Assembly (NCBI GenBank): GCA_051746725.1
Contig: JBNJFI010000003.1
Coordinates: 9,071 to 73,070, forward strand
From: Fusobacteriota bacterium
GTDB taxonomy: Bacteria > Fusobacteriota > Fusobacteriia > Fusobacteriales > JBNJFI01
DNA length: 64,000 nucleotides
Direction: 5' to 3'
A model generated the notes under the pieces. It was not told where the DNA came from. It saw only the letters and a program-made list of their open reading frames with translations, and searched no databases. A program made the translations under genes and the position numbers. Positions 27,267 to 36,930 of this stretch are shown piece by piece (within the stretch, counting starts at the first letter, position 1; every line of letters begins with the position of its first letter).

Positions 27267-28961
27267 ATGATGACTGAATTAATTATTTTGATTATTGTTT
27301 TGATAGTAGTTTTATACTCAATTAAGTTGCTAAAGCAAAAAAGAAATCTCCACCAAAACCTAGAAGAGTTAAAAGAAGAAAATCGAAAATTAGAAAAAGG
27401 GATATCAGCTTTTCATGATAAAGCCGCCTCTTCTATTAATAAAATTAGAAATTTAAAAAATGAAAGTGATTTAGAGACTTTTCAAGAAACAATGCTTGAA
27501 ATGCTTATCGATTTAGACTTTGCTGAGGGAGGATATCTTTTAGAAAATAAAAATGGTAAACTAGAACTTTTTTCTCAAAAAGGAGATTTAGAGATATCAG
27601 ATAAAATATTAAATTTAAACGCAAAAGATAATACGGATGCATGGGAATATTTAAAAAGAAATGAAGTGATACGCTTAAATGATCAAGATGAAAAAATACT
27701 TGATTTCATTTTGCAAGAGATAAATGATGGATATTTAATTACGTTAAAAGAAAGTCAAATTGACAAAAAAGATATTTTTAGCATAATTATAATATATGGT
27801 TCCCAAATGACAAGTACTTATTTAGAAAGCGATACCCTTTTTATGGAGTTTATCGTAACAGAATTAGAATTAATGATTAATAATATTTTAAAGAATAAAG
27901 AATTGGAAAAAAGTAATAAAAAATTAACTGAAAAACTGTATAATCTTATGTCGCTTAATTTTGCAGCAAAAATGATATCTTCGGAATTAGAATTTAAAGA
28001 TATTTTTAAAAATTCTATAGATATGTTTATGGAAATAGGTGGTGCATATTCAGGAGCCTTTATGTATAGCAACGAAGATAAAAATCAACTCATAATAAAA
28101 AGTATAGCTGGCGATTTAGATAAAAAATATAAAAATCAAGAAGTCAAACTTTCAGATGAGACTAAGAAGAAATTAAAAAATGTAAAAGATATTATAATTT
28201 TTAATAAAGATGCTGATATGGAATTATCTGAAGTTAAAAATAATGAAATCATAAAAAATATAAAGGCAAAAATATATATTCCTATTTTTATAAAAGATTC
28301 TTTTTTAGGGGCAATTTTATTAGGAGAAAAACAAAATGAGCAGCCATATTCAAAAGATAATATTGAATTATTAAATACGCTTTCGACTCAAGTGGGAGTT
28401 TCTTTAAATAATGCAAGGCTGTATAATTCAGCAATTCGAGATGGTATGACTAAATTATATTTAAATACATACTTTAAAAGTCGGTTAGCTTCAGAAATTT
28501 ACAGAAGTAGAAGATATGATAGTAATTTATCATTAATAATGATTGATATAGATCATTTTAAAAATTTCAATGATACTTATGGTCATCAAACAGGTGATAA
28601 AGTTTTAATTGAAGTTGCGAACATTTTAAAAGAAAATACAAGAAGTAGTGATATTGTTTCAAGATATGGAGGAGAAGAGTTTGCCATAATTCTTCCTGAA
28701 ACGGGTATGGATTCTAGTAAAATAGTAGCTGAAAATATACGAAAAAAAGTCGAATCAAAAAAGATTAAAGATAAATCAAAGATACTTAGTGTAACAATTA
28801 GTTTAGGCATATTTACTTTAGAATCTGGGGAAAGTGAAATATCCGGGCAAGAATTCATAGAAAATGCGGATAAAACCCTGTATTATTCAAAAGAAAATGG
28901 AAGAAATCAATTTAATCATTACGATGATGTAAAGGAGAAATTGGATGGAAAAGATTCTTAA
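27267..28961 (+). CDS. Membrane-anchored GAF-domain diguanylate cyclase
   Basis: N-terminal TM and coiled coil, GAF-like region (YIPIFIKDSFLGAILLG...NARLY), DGMTKLY, DIDHFK.FNDTYGH..GD, I-site RSSD, RYGGEEF, SKENGRN. Confidence 0.92.
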   Translation: MMTELIILIIVLIVVLYSIKLLKQKRNLHQNLEELKEENRKLEKGISAFHDKAASSINKIRNLKNESDLETFQETMLEMLIDLDFAEGGYLLENKNGKLELFSQKGDLEISDKILNLNAKDNTDAWEYLKRNEVIRLNDQDEKILDFILQEINDGYLITLKESQIDKKDIFSIIIIYGSQMTSTYLESDTLFMEFIVTELELMINNILKNKELEKSNKKLTEKLYNLMSLNFAAKMISSELEFKDIFKNSIDMFMEIGGAYSGAFMYSNEDKNQLIIKSIAGDLDKKYKNQEVKLSDETKKKLKNVKDIIIFNKDADMELSEVKNNEIIKNIKAKIYIPIFIKDSFLGAILLGEKQNEQPYSKDNIELLNTLSTQVGVSLNNARLYNSAIRDGMTKLYLNTYFKSRLASEIYRSRRYDSNLSLIMIDIDHFKNFNDTYGHQTGDKVLIEVANILKENTRSSDIVSRYGGEEFAIILPETGMDSSKIVAENIRKKVESKKIKDKSKILSVTISLGIFTLESGESEISGQEFIENADKTLYYSKENGRNQFNHYDDVKEKLDGKDS

Positions 28962-30006
28962 TAAAGGAGAAGAGGAAATATTAAAACAAATTAAAACCAT
29001 AACAGAGTTAACGGCTGTTCCTGGAAATGAGATAAAGCGAGCTCAATATATCCAAAAGTTATTTTTTGAATATGGTAGCGAGCCACCTATTATTGATGTT
29101 CAAGGAAATGTTATAGGGAAATTATCTTCTAAAAGTTCCAAAGACCCGTTAATTTTATTTGCTCATCTAGATAGTCATGAAAATACAAAAAAAGTAAAAA
29201 TAACTCATACTCAATTAATAGGAGATGGACTTTTATCCAATGCAATTGGCTTATATAATTTAGCGCTTATGATTAACGCCTTAAAAGATAAAGAAATATC
29301 TAGAGATATTTTTTTTATTGGAACTACTGGAGGCTTAACTAATTATAATGGGATAAAATACTTTTTGAAAAACTTCAAAAAAGATATCAAGTCAATTATA
29401 AATATAAAAGGAAGTAGTTTAGGAGAATATCATAATGCAACAAATGCTTCTATGGAAATTAAAGTTGAATTTGAAAAAGATGAGAGCTACCTTAAAAATA
29501 ATGTTGTTTTAGGAATTGCAAACTTTATAAATAAAATAAAAGAAGAAGAATTTAATAAGGATTTATATTATCATATTAATAACATACGTACTGATTTAGA
29601 ACATATAAATATACCGAATACAGGATCGATGACTCTTCGGTTAGAGGGAAAAACTTTGGAAATGATCAAAAGAAGTGAGTTAATACTCAAAAACATAAAA
29701 GAAGGAGTTTCACAAGAAGATAATATTGAAATATATTTTACAGAAAAAAATATACATGGGGAAGTACTTGCAACTAATAATAAATTGCGAGATTACTATA
29801 TTGAAGTTTTAAAAGGATTCAAAGTGAATTCAAAAAAAATTCTAAATTCAAATGAAATTGAAATTCCTTTACAGAATGAAATTGATTCCATTTCGATCGG
29901 AGTTGCAAATGGGGGATATACTAGAGATGGAGAAGAGACTCTTGAAATAAAATCTATATACACAGGAACCAAAATTTTATATAAATATCTAGATAAATTA
30001 CTTTAA
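28945..30006 (+). CDS. M20/M28-fold peptidase homologue with degenerate active site (probable pseudoenzyme)
   Basis: PGNE..RA, D.QGNV and AHLDS are retained; the expected GxDD/DN, EE, downstream D and C-terminal H positions read LSN, TTGG, IKG and GYT. Confidence 0.65.
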   Translation: MEKILNKGEEEILKQIKTITELTAVPGNEIKRAQYIQKLFFEYGSEPPIIDVQGNVIGKLSSKSSKDPLILFAHLDSHENTKKVKITHTQLIGDGLLSNAIGLYNLALMINALKDKEISRDIFFIGTTGGLTNYNGIKYFLKNFKKDIKSIINIKGSSLGEYHNATNASMEIKVEFEKDESYLKNNVVLGIANFINKIKEEEFNKDLYYHINNIRTDLEHINIPNTGSMTLRLEGKTLEMIKRSELILKNIKEGVSQEDNIEIYFTEKNIHGEVLATNNKLRDYYIEVLKGFKVNSKKILNSNEIEIPLQNEIDSISIGVANGGYTRDGEETLEIKSIYTGTKILYKYLDKLL

Positions 30007-30036
30007 TAAATGATTAGAAATGAGGAGTTGGATTAG

Positions 30037-30510
30037 TTGAATAATGTAAAAATATTAGAAGAAATCCAAAAAGACATAAACAATGATAATGCTTTAAAAG
30101 GGTTAGAAAAACTAGCAAATTATACTGATGAAAATGGTCCTATTGATTTTCAAGACATAAAAAAAATTATATTTCCATTATTTGAAAGTGATAATAAATT
30201 TGTTAGAATTAAATTAACTGAAATTGCTCAAAGCTATAAAAGTAATGAAATATTACTTAAGTTAATAAAACTCATGAAAGAAGATGAAGATTACTTTGTC
30301 AGAGGTTTTGCTGCTAAAACTCTTGGAATGTTAGGTAATATAAGTGCTAAACCAGCTTTACAAGAGGCTTTAAATGATGATGAAAAATTTGTAACAGAAT
30401 TTGCACAAAAATCATTGGAAAAATTAACAACAAAAGTTTCATTTAATAATAAAATTGCCTCTTTAAGGGCAAAGATGCAAGAAAAAAAGAAGATGAGTAA
30501 AAATGATTAA
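30037..30510 (+). CDS. Small HEAT-repeat protein
   Basis: DEDYFVRGFAAKTLGMLG, LQEALNDDEKFVTEFAQKSL; TTG start after GAGGAG. Confidence 0.8.
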   Translation: MNNVKILEEIQKDINNDNALKGLEKLANYTDENGPIDFQDIKKIIFPLFESDNKFVRIKLTEIAQSYKSNEILLKLIKLMKEDEDYFVRGFAAKTLGMLGNISAKPALQEALNDDEKFVTEFAQKSLEKLTTKVSFNNKIASLRAKMQEKKKMSKND

Positions 30511-31324
30511 TTTTGTAATGAAAAGTTTTTTAATGTATATAGTTTCAATGTTTTTTCCAATAATAGGGTTTTTTATCCCTATAATTGGAATAAAGGAGTT
30601 TAGGTCTAATAAAAAGAATAATATTCTAGTTGGTCATTTAATAATCTCTTTTTTGATATTATTATTATTCAATTTAAATTTTGTGATTCATTATATTTTT
30701 ATTTATGTTGGAATGGAAATTATATTTATTTTTCTAGATAAAAAAAATAATTTTAATATATATCAAAAAGTGATAATAACTTCCTTAGTATTTACTATTT
30801 TCATAGGACTTTATATAAAAATAAATATTAATCAGATGGAACAAATATTAAATGAAACCCAAAATATATATGTATCAAATTTTGGTTTTGATAAGGAAAA
30901 TATAGAATTAGTAATGCAAACTCTGGAAAAATATTTTTTAAGCATAATTTTTATATACTTCTTTTTTGAAAACTATATGATTTATTTTATTCTCAAAAAA
31001 GATCAGAAGAGTCAGTGGGATTTTAATTATTATTTATTACTCATATATATTTTAGTATTTTTTCTAAAGAATATATTGCAATATAATAATAATTATATAA
31101 TAAATATTTTACTAATATTGAAAATACCATATATTTTTTATGGTATAAGAAAAAGTTATGAAAAACTAGAAAAAGTTATAAAAAATAAATTTCTAAGGTC
31201 ATTGATGGTTATATCAGTTACGATGATATCTTATAATATTATGTTTATTATAGGGAGTATTATAAGTTTTAAAATTTTTAAGGAGGGAATTGAAGATGAA
31301 AGTAATATTACAAAAAGACATTAA
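30503..31324 (+). CDS. Polytopic membrane protein, YybS/DUF2232-like by position and hydropathy
   Basis: Many hydrophobic segments; lies immediately upstream of rplI-dnaB as yybS does. Confidence 0.5.
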   Translation: MINFVMKSFLMYIVSMFFPIIGFFIPIIGIKEFRSNKKNNILVGHLIISFLILLLFNLNFVIHYIFIYVGMEIIFIFLDKKNNFNIYQKVIITSLVFTIFIGLYIKININQMEQILNETQNIYVSNFGFDKENIELVMQTLEKYFLSIIFIYFFFENYMIYFILKKDQKSQWDFNYYLLLIYILVFFLKNILQYNNNYIINILLILKIPYIFYGIRKSYEKLEKVIKNKFLRSLMVISVTMISYNIMFIIGSIISFKIFKEGIEDESNITKRH

Positions 31325-31745
31325 GGGAACTGGAAAAAAAGGTGAAATTGTTACTGCAAAAGAAGGATATGCTAGAAATTATTTAATTCCAAAAGGTTTA
31401 GCTAAGCAAGCAACTGATGGGAATTTAAAAAAATTTAAAAATAAGAAAAAAATGAAGAAGCAAAAAAAGAAAAGAATCAGACAGGAAGCAAAGGAACAAG
31501 CAGAAAATTTAAATGGTAAACAAGTCAAATTAAGATTAAAAGCTGGTAAAAATGGAAAAACATTTGGATCAGTAAGTAACAAAGATGTTGCAAGTCGTTT
31601 AAAAAAAGAATATGGAATCAAGATAGATAAGAAAAAAATTGAATTAGAAGAATCTCATCTGAAAAATATAGGAACTTATGATGCAATAATAAAATTACAC
31701 CCTGATGTAGAAACAAAGATAAAAGTTGTAATTGAAAGTGTTTAA
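31296..31745 (+). CDS. rplI: 50S ribosomal protein L9
   Basis: [33 protein letters not shown]. Start at ATG 31296 after GGAGGG. Confidence 0.97.
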   Translation: MKVILQKDIKGTGKKGEIVTAKEGYARNYLIPKGLAKQATDGNLKKFKNKKKMKKQKKKRIRQEAKEQAENLNGKQVKLRLKAGKNGKTFGSVSNKDVASRLKKEYGIKIDKKKIELEESHLKNIGTYDAIIKLHPDVETKIKVVIESV

Positions 31746-31774
31746 ACAGGAAAGTTAAGAAATTAGGAGGAAAA

Positions 31775-33100
31775 ATGGAAAAAGTAAAAACTCTGCCATA
31801 TAATTTAGAAGCTGAAGAATCAATACTAGGAGGAATATTACTAAAACCAGATTCAATTGCCAGAGTTTTAGAAATTCTCAAAAAAGATGATTTTTATAAA
31901 TTAGCACATAAAATCATATATGAAACTATGCTAAAAACATATGAACAAGGAGAAGTAATAGACACAGTTTTGCTAATAGATAAAATAAAAAAAGAAAATA
32001 ATATCGATAAAATTGGTGGCGAAGAACGTATATTTGAATTGTTAAATTCTGTTCCTATGGCTGCAAATATTATAAATTATGCAAAAATTGTAAAGGAAAA
32101 GTCAATATTACGAAGTGTAATCGAAGTTGGAACTGAAGTAGTAGAAATGGCTTATGAAGGAACAGAAGGAGTAGATAAGATACTCGACAAAGCAGAAAAT
32201 ATGATATTTGGGGTTTCGGAACAAAAAGAGAAAAAAGAGGTAGTATCATTAAAAGATTTAGTAGATGATGAATTTGATAGATTAGAACAGGTATATGAAA
32301 ATAAAGGAGATGTTACTGGAATTGGGTCAGGATTTACTCAATTTGATGAGATGACTTCTGGATTTCATCCGTCAGATTTAGTTATATTAGCTGCTAGACC
32401 AAGTATGGGGAAAACAGCTTTTGCTCTTAATTTAGCTTTAAATGCTGGATTGAAGCAAGATAAAAGTGTTTTGATATTTAGTTTAGAAATGTCAAATTCT
32501 CAAATATTTCAAAGATTAATATCTTCAGAATCTCAAGTACCTTTGAATAAATTACGTAATGGTTATTTAGGATCAGAAGAATGGACTAAAGTTGGACTCT
32601 CTACTGGTAGATTAGCAGAAGCTTCTATTCATGTAGCTGATATGCCTAATATAACTGTCATGGAGATTAGAGCTATTAGTAGAAGGCTCAAAGCTGAAAA
32701 TAAATTAGATTTAATATTAATAGATTATTTGCAATTAATACAGGGAAGTGGTCGTGATAGCAGACAACAAGAAATCTCTGAAATATCTAGAAGTTTAAAG
32801 GGATTAGCAAGGGAACTTGATGTCCCCGTTCTTTCTTTATCTCAATTATCCAGAGCCCCTGAACAACGATCAGATAGACGGCCGATTTTATCTGATTTAA
32901 GAGATTCAGGTGCAATAGAACAAGATGCAGATGTTGTTGTATTTTTATATAGAGATGATTATTATGATGAAGATAGTGAAGAAAAAGGAATAGCAGAGAT
33001 TATAATAGGAAAACAAAGAAATGGTCCTGTTGGAACAGTTAAATTGCGATTTTTCCATGAAATTACTAAGTTTGGAAATCTTACAAGGAGAGAGAGGTAG
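31775..33100 (+). CDS. dnaB: Replicative DNA helicase
   Basis: AARPSMGKT, FSLEM, IDYLQL, SQLSR, SDLRDSGAIEQDAD, KQRNGP. Confidence 0.97.
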   Translation: MEKVKTLPYNLEAEESILGGILLKPDSIARVLEILKKDDFYKLAHKIIYETMLKTYEQGEVIDTVLLIDKIKKENNIDKIGGEERIFELLNSVPMAANIINYAKIVKEKSILRSVIEVGTEVVEMAYEGTEGVDKILDKAENMIFGVSEQKEKKEVVSLKDLVDDEFDRLEQVYENKGDVTGIGSGFTQFDEMTSGFHPSDLVILAARPSMGKTAFALNLALNAGLKQDKSVLIFSLEMSNSQIFQRLISSESQVPLNKLRNGYLGSEEWTKVGLSTGRLAEASIHVADMPNITVMEIRAISRRLKAENKLDLILIDYLQLIQGSGRDSRQQEISEISRSLKGLARELDVPVLSLSQLSRAPEQRSDRRPILSDLRDSGAIEQDADVVVFLYRDDYYDEDSEEKGIAEIIIGKQRNGPVGTVKLRFFHEITKFGNLTRRER

Positions 33101-33105
33101 GATAA

Positions 33106-35109
33106 ATGTCTCGAGAATTGGTATTGGGGAATAATAATTTCTTATTAACATATGACTTAAATTTAAATATTAGAGATATTTATTTTCCACATGTCGGAGA
33201 TGAAAATCATTTAGAATCAGATAAAAACAGATTGGGATTTTGGGTTGATAATAAGTTTTCGTGGGTGGACGAAGAATGGGAAAAAAAAATAAAATATAAA
33301 AAAAATTCATTAATCTCTGATGTTTATGCTAAATCTGAGTATCTAAAACTACAAATAAAAGAACAAGCAGCAATCGTTCATAATAAAGATATATATATAA
33401 GAAAAATAAAGGTCAAGAATTTAAATGAAGACAAAAAAACAGTACGTTTGTTTTTTCATAATAATCTAAAATTATATGGCAAAAAAGTAAGAAATACAGC
33501 TTTATATGATCCAGAAAATGATGTGATAATTCATTATAAAAAAAATCGATATTTTCTTTTCAATGGTTCCGTTGATCAGAAAGGGATTTACGAATATAAT
33601 GTTGATAAAACTAGGGTTGGAAAAGAACCTAATTATAAAGATGCAGAAGATGGAAGGTTAGAAAAAAACACAATTGCTCAAGGACGAGTTAACAGCATGA
33701 TTAGTTTAAATGCTGAAATAGATTCTCAAGAAGAAAAAACTTTTTATTATTGGATAGCTGCTGGGAAAAACTTTGATGATATAAAAAGATTAAATAATTA
33801 TGTCAAAAAAATTGGGATAGACAATATATTAGAAACAACGGATATATTGTGGGATAGTTGGTTAAACAAAAGGAACCTCAATTTTGGAGATATAAAAGAA
33901 GATTTAAAAACCCAATATAAAAATAATTTAAAGGTAATAAAAAGTCATATAAATAATAATGGTTCAATAATAACTTCAGTTGATTCTGAGCATGTTCAGT
34001 TTAATAGAGATAATTATAATTATATTTGGCCTAGAGATGGAAGTATCACTGCAATGGCTCTAGATGAAGCTGGTTATACCGAGGTTTCCAGGAACTTTTT
34101 TAGATTTTTAAATGAAATTATTGAAAGAAGAGGATTTTTTTGGCCAAAATATTATCCCGATGGAGCTTTGGCTTCTACTTGGCATTCATGGCATAATAAA
34201 AACCACGAAGAACAATTGCCAATTCAGGAAGATCAAACAGCAATTGTCTTGATTGCTCTATATAATCACTATGATATTTCTAAAGATTTTCAATTTCTAG
34301 AAGAGATATATGAAAATTTAATTAAAAGAGCAGTGAGTTTTTTGCTGGGATATATGAATCCTAAAACAGAGTTACCATATAGTTCCTATGACATTTGGGA
34401 AGATAAAGAAGGAGTACATTTTTTTACTGTAGTCGCTGTATATGAATCATTATTTTTATCAAAAAAATTATTAGAATTATTTGGAAATGATTTTCTTTTA
34501 AAAAAAATAGATGAAAAATTAAATACTTTAGAAGAATCAATAGATAAATACTTTTGGAATGATAAACAAAAAAGATATATTCCAAGTATAATTATTGATA
34601 AAAATGGAGATCTCAAAAAAGATGATACAGAAGAAATCGACAAAGAGGAACATGAAAAATATGATAGCAGCATACTTTTATTGACCTTTTTTGATAATTT
34701 CTATCAAAAAAACAAAGAAAAAGTAGTAACTACTATAGATAAAACGATATCAAATTTATGGATTGAAACTGACATAGGTGGATGTGCTAGATTTACAGAT
34801 GATAGATACCATCAACTCACTAGAGATATAAAAAAAATCCCTGGTAATCCGTGGATATTTACAACTTTACTTGTGGGGAATTATTATATCAAAGAAGGAA
34901 ATCTAGAAGGCGGAAAAAAGATATTAGAGTGGGCACAGGAAAAAAGTCTCGATTCTGGATTACTTCCAGAACAGATTCATCCATATGCAGGAAATCCCAT
35001 ATCTATATCCCCTCATATATTATCACATTCAATGTATAATTTGGTTTTGAATAGATTTTTAGATAAAAAAGATATAAAATTAATTAAGAATAAAGGTGGA
35101 AAAAAATGA
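33106..35109 (+). CDS. Glycoside hydrolase family 15 (cytoplasmic glucoamylase-like)
   Basis: IYFPHVG, YIWPRDG, PIQEDQT, YDIWE (catalytic acid region), GNPW, LLPEQ (catalytic base region); no signal peptide. Confidence 0.85.
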   Translation: MSRELVLGNNNFLLTYDLNLNIRDIYFPHVGDENHLESDKNRLGFWVDNKFSWVDEEWEKKIKYKKNSLISDVYAKSEYLKLQIKEQAAIVHNKDIYIRKIKVKNLNEDKKTVRLFFHNNLKLYGKKVRNTALYDPENDVIIHYKKNRYFLFNGSVDQKGIYEYNVDKTRVGKEPNYKDAEDGRLEKNTIAQGRVNSMISLNAEIDSQEEKTFYYWIAAGKNFDDIKRLNNYVKKIGIDNILETTDILWDSWLNKRNLNFGDIKEDLKTQYKNNLKVIKSHINNNGSIITSVDSEHVQFNRDNYNYIWPRDGSITAMALDEAGYTEVSRNFFRFLNEIIERRGFFWPKYYPDGALASTWHSWHNKNHEEQLPIQEDQTAIVLIALYNHYDISKDFQFLEEIYENLIKRAVSFLLGYMNPKTELPYSSYDIWEDKEGVHFFTVVAVYESLFLSKKLLELFGNDFLLKKIDEKLNTLEESIDKYFWNDKQKRYIPSIIIDKNGDLKKDDTEEIDKEEHEKYDSSILLLTFFDNFYQKNKEKVVTTIDKTISNLWIETDIGGCARFTDDRYHQLTRDIKKIPGNPWIFTTLLVGNYYIKEGNLEGGKKILEWAQEKSLDSGLLPEQIHPYAGNPISISPHILSHSMYNLVLNRFLDKKDIKLIKNKGGKK

Positions 35110-36911
35110 AACAAAATGAAATTTCATTAAAAGAATATATAAAAAAAAATGGGAAACTTATAACTGATGGAGCTATGGGAACTTATTATTCTATAAAAAG
35201 TAATAATAAAAGTACTATTTCAGAATTAGCAAATATTGAAGATCCCAGACTTATAAAAGAAATCCATAAAGAGTACATTGATGCAGGTGCAAAGTTAATT
35301 AGAACTAATACTTTTTTAGCAAATTGTATTGCACTTGACATTTCAGAAGAAAAACGTACAAAATTATTAAAAGAAGCATATAAAATAGCTAAAGATGCCA
35401 CAGGAGATAAAGATATATTTATAGCTGCAAGTATTGGTCCAATAAATACAACAGCAGATTATACAAAAAAAGATATTGAAAAAGAATATAAAGCAATAAT
35501 TAATACTTTTTTGGATTTAGGAGTTAATATTTTTCTTTTCGAAACTTTTAGTAGTTTAGATGATATTAAAACAATTTTAAAATATCTGAAAACCAAAAAA
35601 GAAAATTCTCAAGTAATTGTTCAATTTGCCCTTATGACTACTGGTCAGACTAGAAGGGGAATATCTGGAGAAAAATTAGTCAAAAAAGCTAAAAAAATGA
35701 AGGAAATCGACATATATGGATTTAATTGTGGAACAGGACCAGTTCATATGTATAATAATATTAAAAATATTGATTTTGAAGATGATATAGTGTCAGCCTT
35801 ACCCAATGCTGGATTTCCAGAAATAATAGATAGAAAAACAGTATATAGTGAAAATGCAGATTATTTTGGAGATCGGATGGAGATTTTATTTAGAAATGGA
35901 GTTAAAATTCTAGGAGGTTGTTGTGGAACAACGCCTGAACACATAAGAGTTTTAAATACAAAACTAAAGGATTTGTCTATATCAAAAGATAAAAAAAATA
36001 AACCATTTAAAGTTAAAACCTCTGGAATTGAAATTATGTCAAAAAAGGGAGAATTTAGAAAAAAATTAGATGATGATAAATTTATTATTGCTGCAGAACT
36101 TGATCCTCCTTTTAGCACAGATATTAATAAGCTTATGAAGGCTGCAAAGATATTAAAAAGAAGCAATGTCGATTTAATTACAGTTGCTGATTCTCCAATA
36201 GGAAAACCAAGAGTTAATTCAGTTACAATTTCTGCAAAGATAAAAAGAGAGATAGGGATTGATGTTGTTCCACATATTTGTTGCAGAGATCGAAACATAA
36301 TAGCTTTAAAATCAGATTTATTAGGGGGACATGTTGAAAATATTAGAAATTTACTTTTAGTAACTGGAGACCCCATATCTAGTTCTGATCGAAGTGAAAT
36401 AAAAAGTGTTTTTAATTTTAATTCTGTGGGATTGATGAAATTGGTATCATCTATGAATAAAGAAACTTTCAAAGATAATCCATATAATTTCGGAGGAGCT
36501 TTAGATTTAAATGCTAGAAATATAAAACACGAATTAGAAAAAATGTATAAAAAAATTGAAGCTGGAGCAGAATTTTTTCTGACTCAGCCAATTTATGAGG
36601 AAAAACCGATAAAGCAACTAAAAAAACTAAAAAAGAAAAAGGGTTTTAAAATTTTTGCAGGTGTCATGCCACTGGTAAGTTACAGAAATGTTCAATTTTT
36701 GAATAACGAGTTACCTGGTATAAATATTCCTTCTAAGTATTCTGAAAGATTCAAAAAAGATATGTCTAGAGAAGCAGCAGAAAGAGTGGGAATAGATATT
36801 GCAGTAGATTTGGCAAATCAAATAAAACCTTATGCAGATGGTTTTTATTTTATAACCCCTTTTAATAGAGCAACGATGATAGAAAAAATTTTATTAAAAT
36901 TAAATTTATAA
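35106..36911 (+). CDS. yitJ: Bifunctional homocysteine S-methyltransferase / methylenetetrahydrofolate reductase
   Basis: DGAMGT, TNTF, GFNC, PNAGFP, GGCCGTTPEHI; C-terminal MTHFR domain (ELDPP, VADSP, CRDRN, TGD, TQPIY, PFN). Confidence 0.9.
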   Translation: MKQNEISLKEYIKKNGKLITDGAMGTYYSIKSNNKSTISELANIEDPRLIKEIHKEYIDAGAKLIRTNTFLANCIALDISEEKRTKLLKEAYKIAKDATGDKDIFIAASIGPINTTADYTKKDIEKEYKAIINTFLDLGVNIFLFETFSSLDDIKTILKYLKTKKENSQVIVQFALMTTGQTRRGISGEKLVKKAKKMKEIDIYGFNCGTGPVHMYNNIKNIDFEDDIVSALPNAGFPEIIDRKTVYSENADYFGDRMEILFRNGVKILGGCCGTTPEHIRVLNTKLKDLSISKDKKNKPFKVKTSGIEIMSKKGEFRKKLDDDKFIIAAELDPPFSTDINKLMKAAKILKRSNVDLITVADSPIGKPRVNSVTISAKIKREIGIDVVPHICCRDRNIIALKSDLLGGHVENIRNLLLVTGDPISSSDRSEIKSVFNFNSVGLMKLVSSMNKETFKDNPYNFGGALDLNARNIKHELEKMYKKIEAGAEFFLTQPIYEEKPIKQLKKLKKKKGFKIFAGVMPLVSYRNVQFLNNELPGINIPSKYSERFKKDMSREAAERVGIDIAVDLANQIKPYADGFYFITPFNRATMIEKILLKLNL

Positions 36912-36930
36912 GGAATAAAGAGGAGAATTT

